DNA of 63,890 nt, counting the filler, from Xylographa opegraphella (lineage: Eukaryota), in NCBI GenBank assembly GCA_022813865.1. It is 3 parts of 3 records of this genome, joined end to end, with 100 filler letters (N's around TTAATTAATTAA, not from the genome) between each part and the next. Parts side by side here need not be neighbours in the genome. Positions count along the whole stretch, not along the records: positions 55,858 to 63,890 come from JALDZX010000192.1; 2 more parts are not named here. One strand, given 5' to 3'. A program made the position numbers and the translations under genes. This document shows positions 63,726 to 63,890 of the stretch, piece by piece (the stretch's first letter is position 1; every line of letters starts with the position of its first letter). The notes below the pieces were generated by a model, which had not been told where the DNA came from, did not search any database, and worked only from the letters and a program-made list of their open reading frames with translations.

Positions 63726-63890
63726 TAATAAGGTTCTGAACAATGCTGTATGAAACAGGAGTCGGGGGAGTCGGGGGAACCTTATTCCGGATGCCTCCTC
63801 TGCCCCCCTACGAAGGTATGGGAGGCATTGTTACGGCTCATCAACTCACCACACAAGCACGCCTAGAACGTAAGCTTTAGGTGGACGATT
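63726..63890. mobile_element. Family C LTR start (63726-63828) with a family B LTR nested from 63829, cut by the window edge
   Basis: taataaggttctgaac... followed by tgttacggctcatcaactc. Confidence 0.85.

Overview
Fungal (Pezizomycotina-type ascomycete) genomic DNA with a two-compartment layout. Positions ~1-29.3 kb and ~54.3-63.9 kb are extremely AT-rich blocks of nested LTR retrotransposons degraded by C-to-T/G-to-A mutation (RIP-like). They contain a Ty1/Copia family, two Ty3/Gypsy families (C is a clear chromovirus) and several short GC-rich solo-LTR families with readable target-site duplications. One intact spliced RPS26 gene, missed by the ORF track, sits alone in the left AT block. 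Positions ~29.3-54.3 kb are a compact island of intron-containing genes: VAN1, a GEA/GBF1 Arf-GEF, SYF1, VMA8, a U1A/U2B'' protein, CCA1, a CipC-like gene, TTI2 and FIG4. Two 100-bp N44-TTAATTAATTAA-N44 spacers are artificial contig joins. The most unusual signal is an extra antisense gene in the 3' part of the full-length chromovirus. After reverting two RIP-type changes and one frameshift, it encodes a Zn(II)2Cys6-spaced cysteine cluster plus a charged helical region. Repeat family letters A-G are my own labels. All coordinates were read by eye and may be off by a few bases in degraded DNA.
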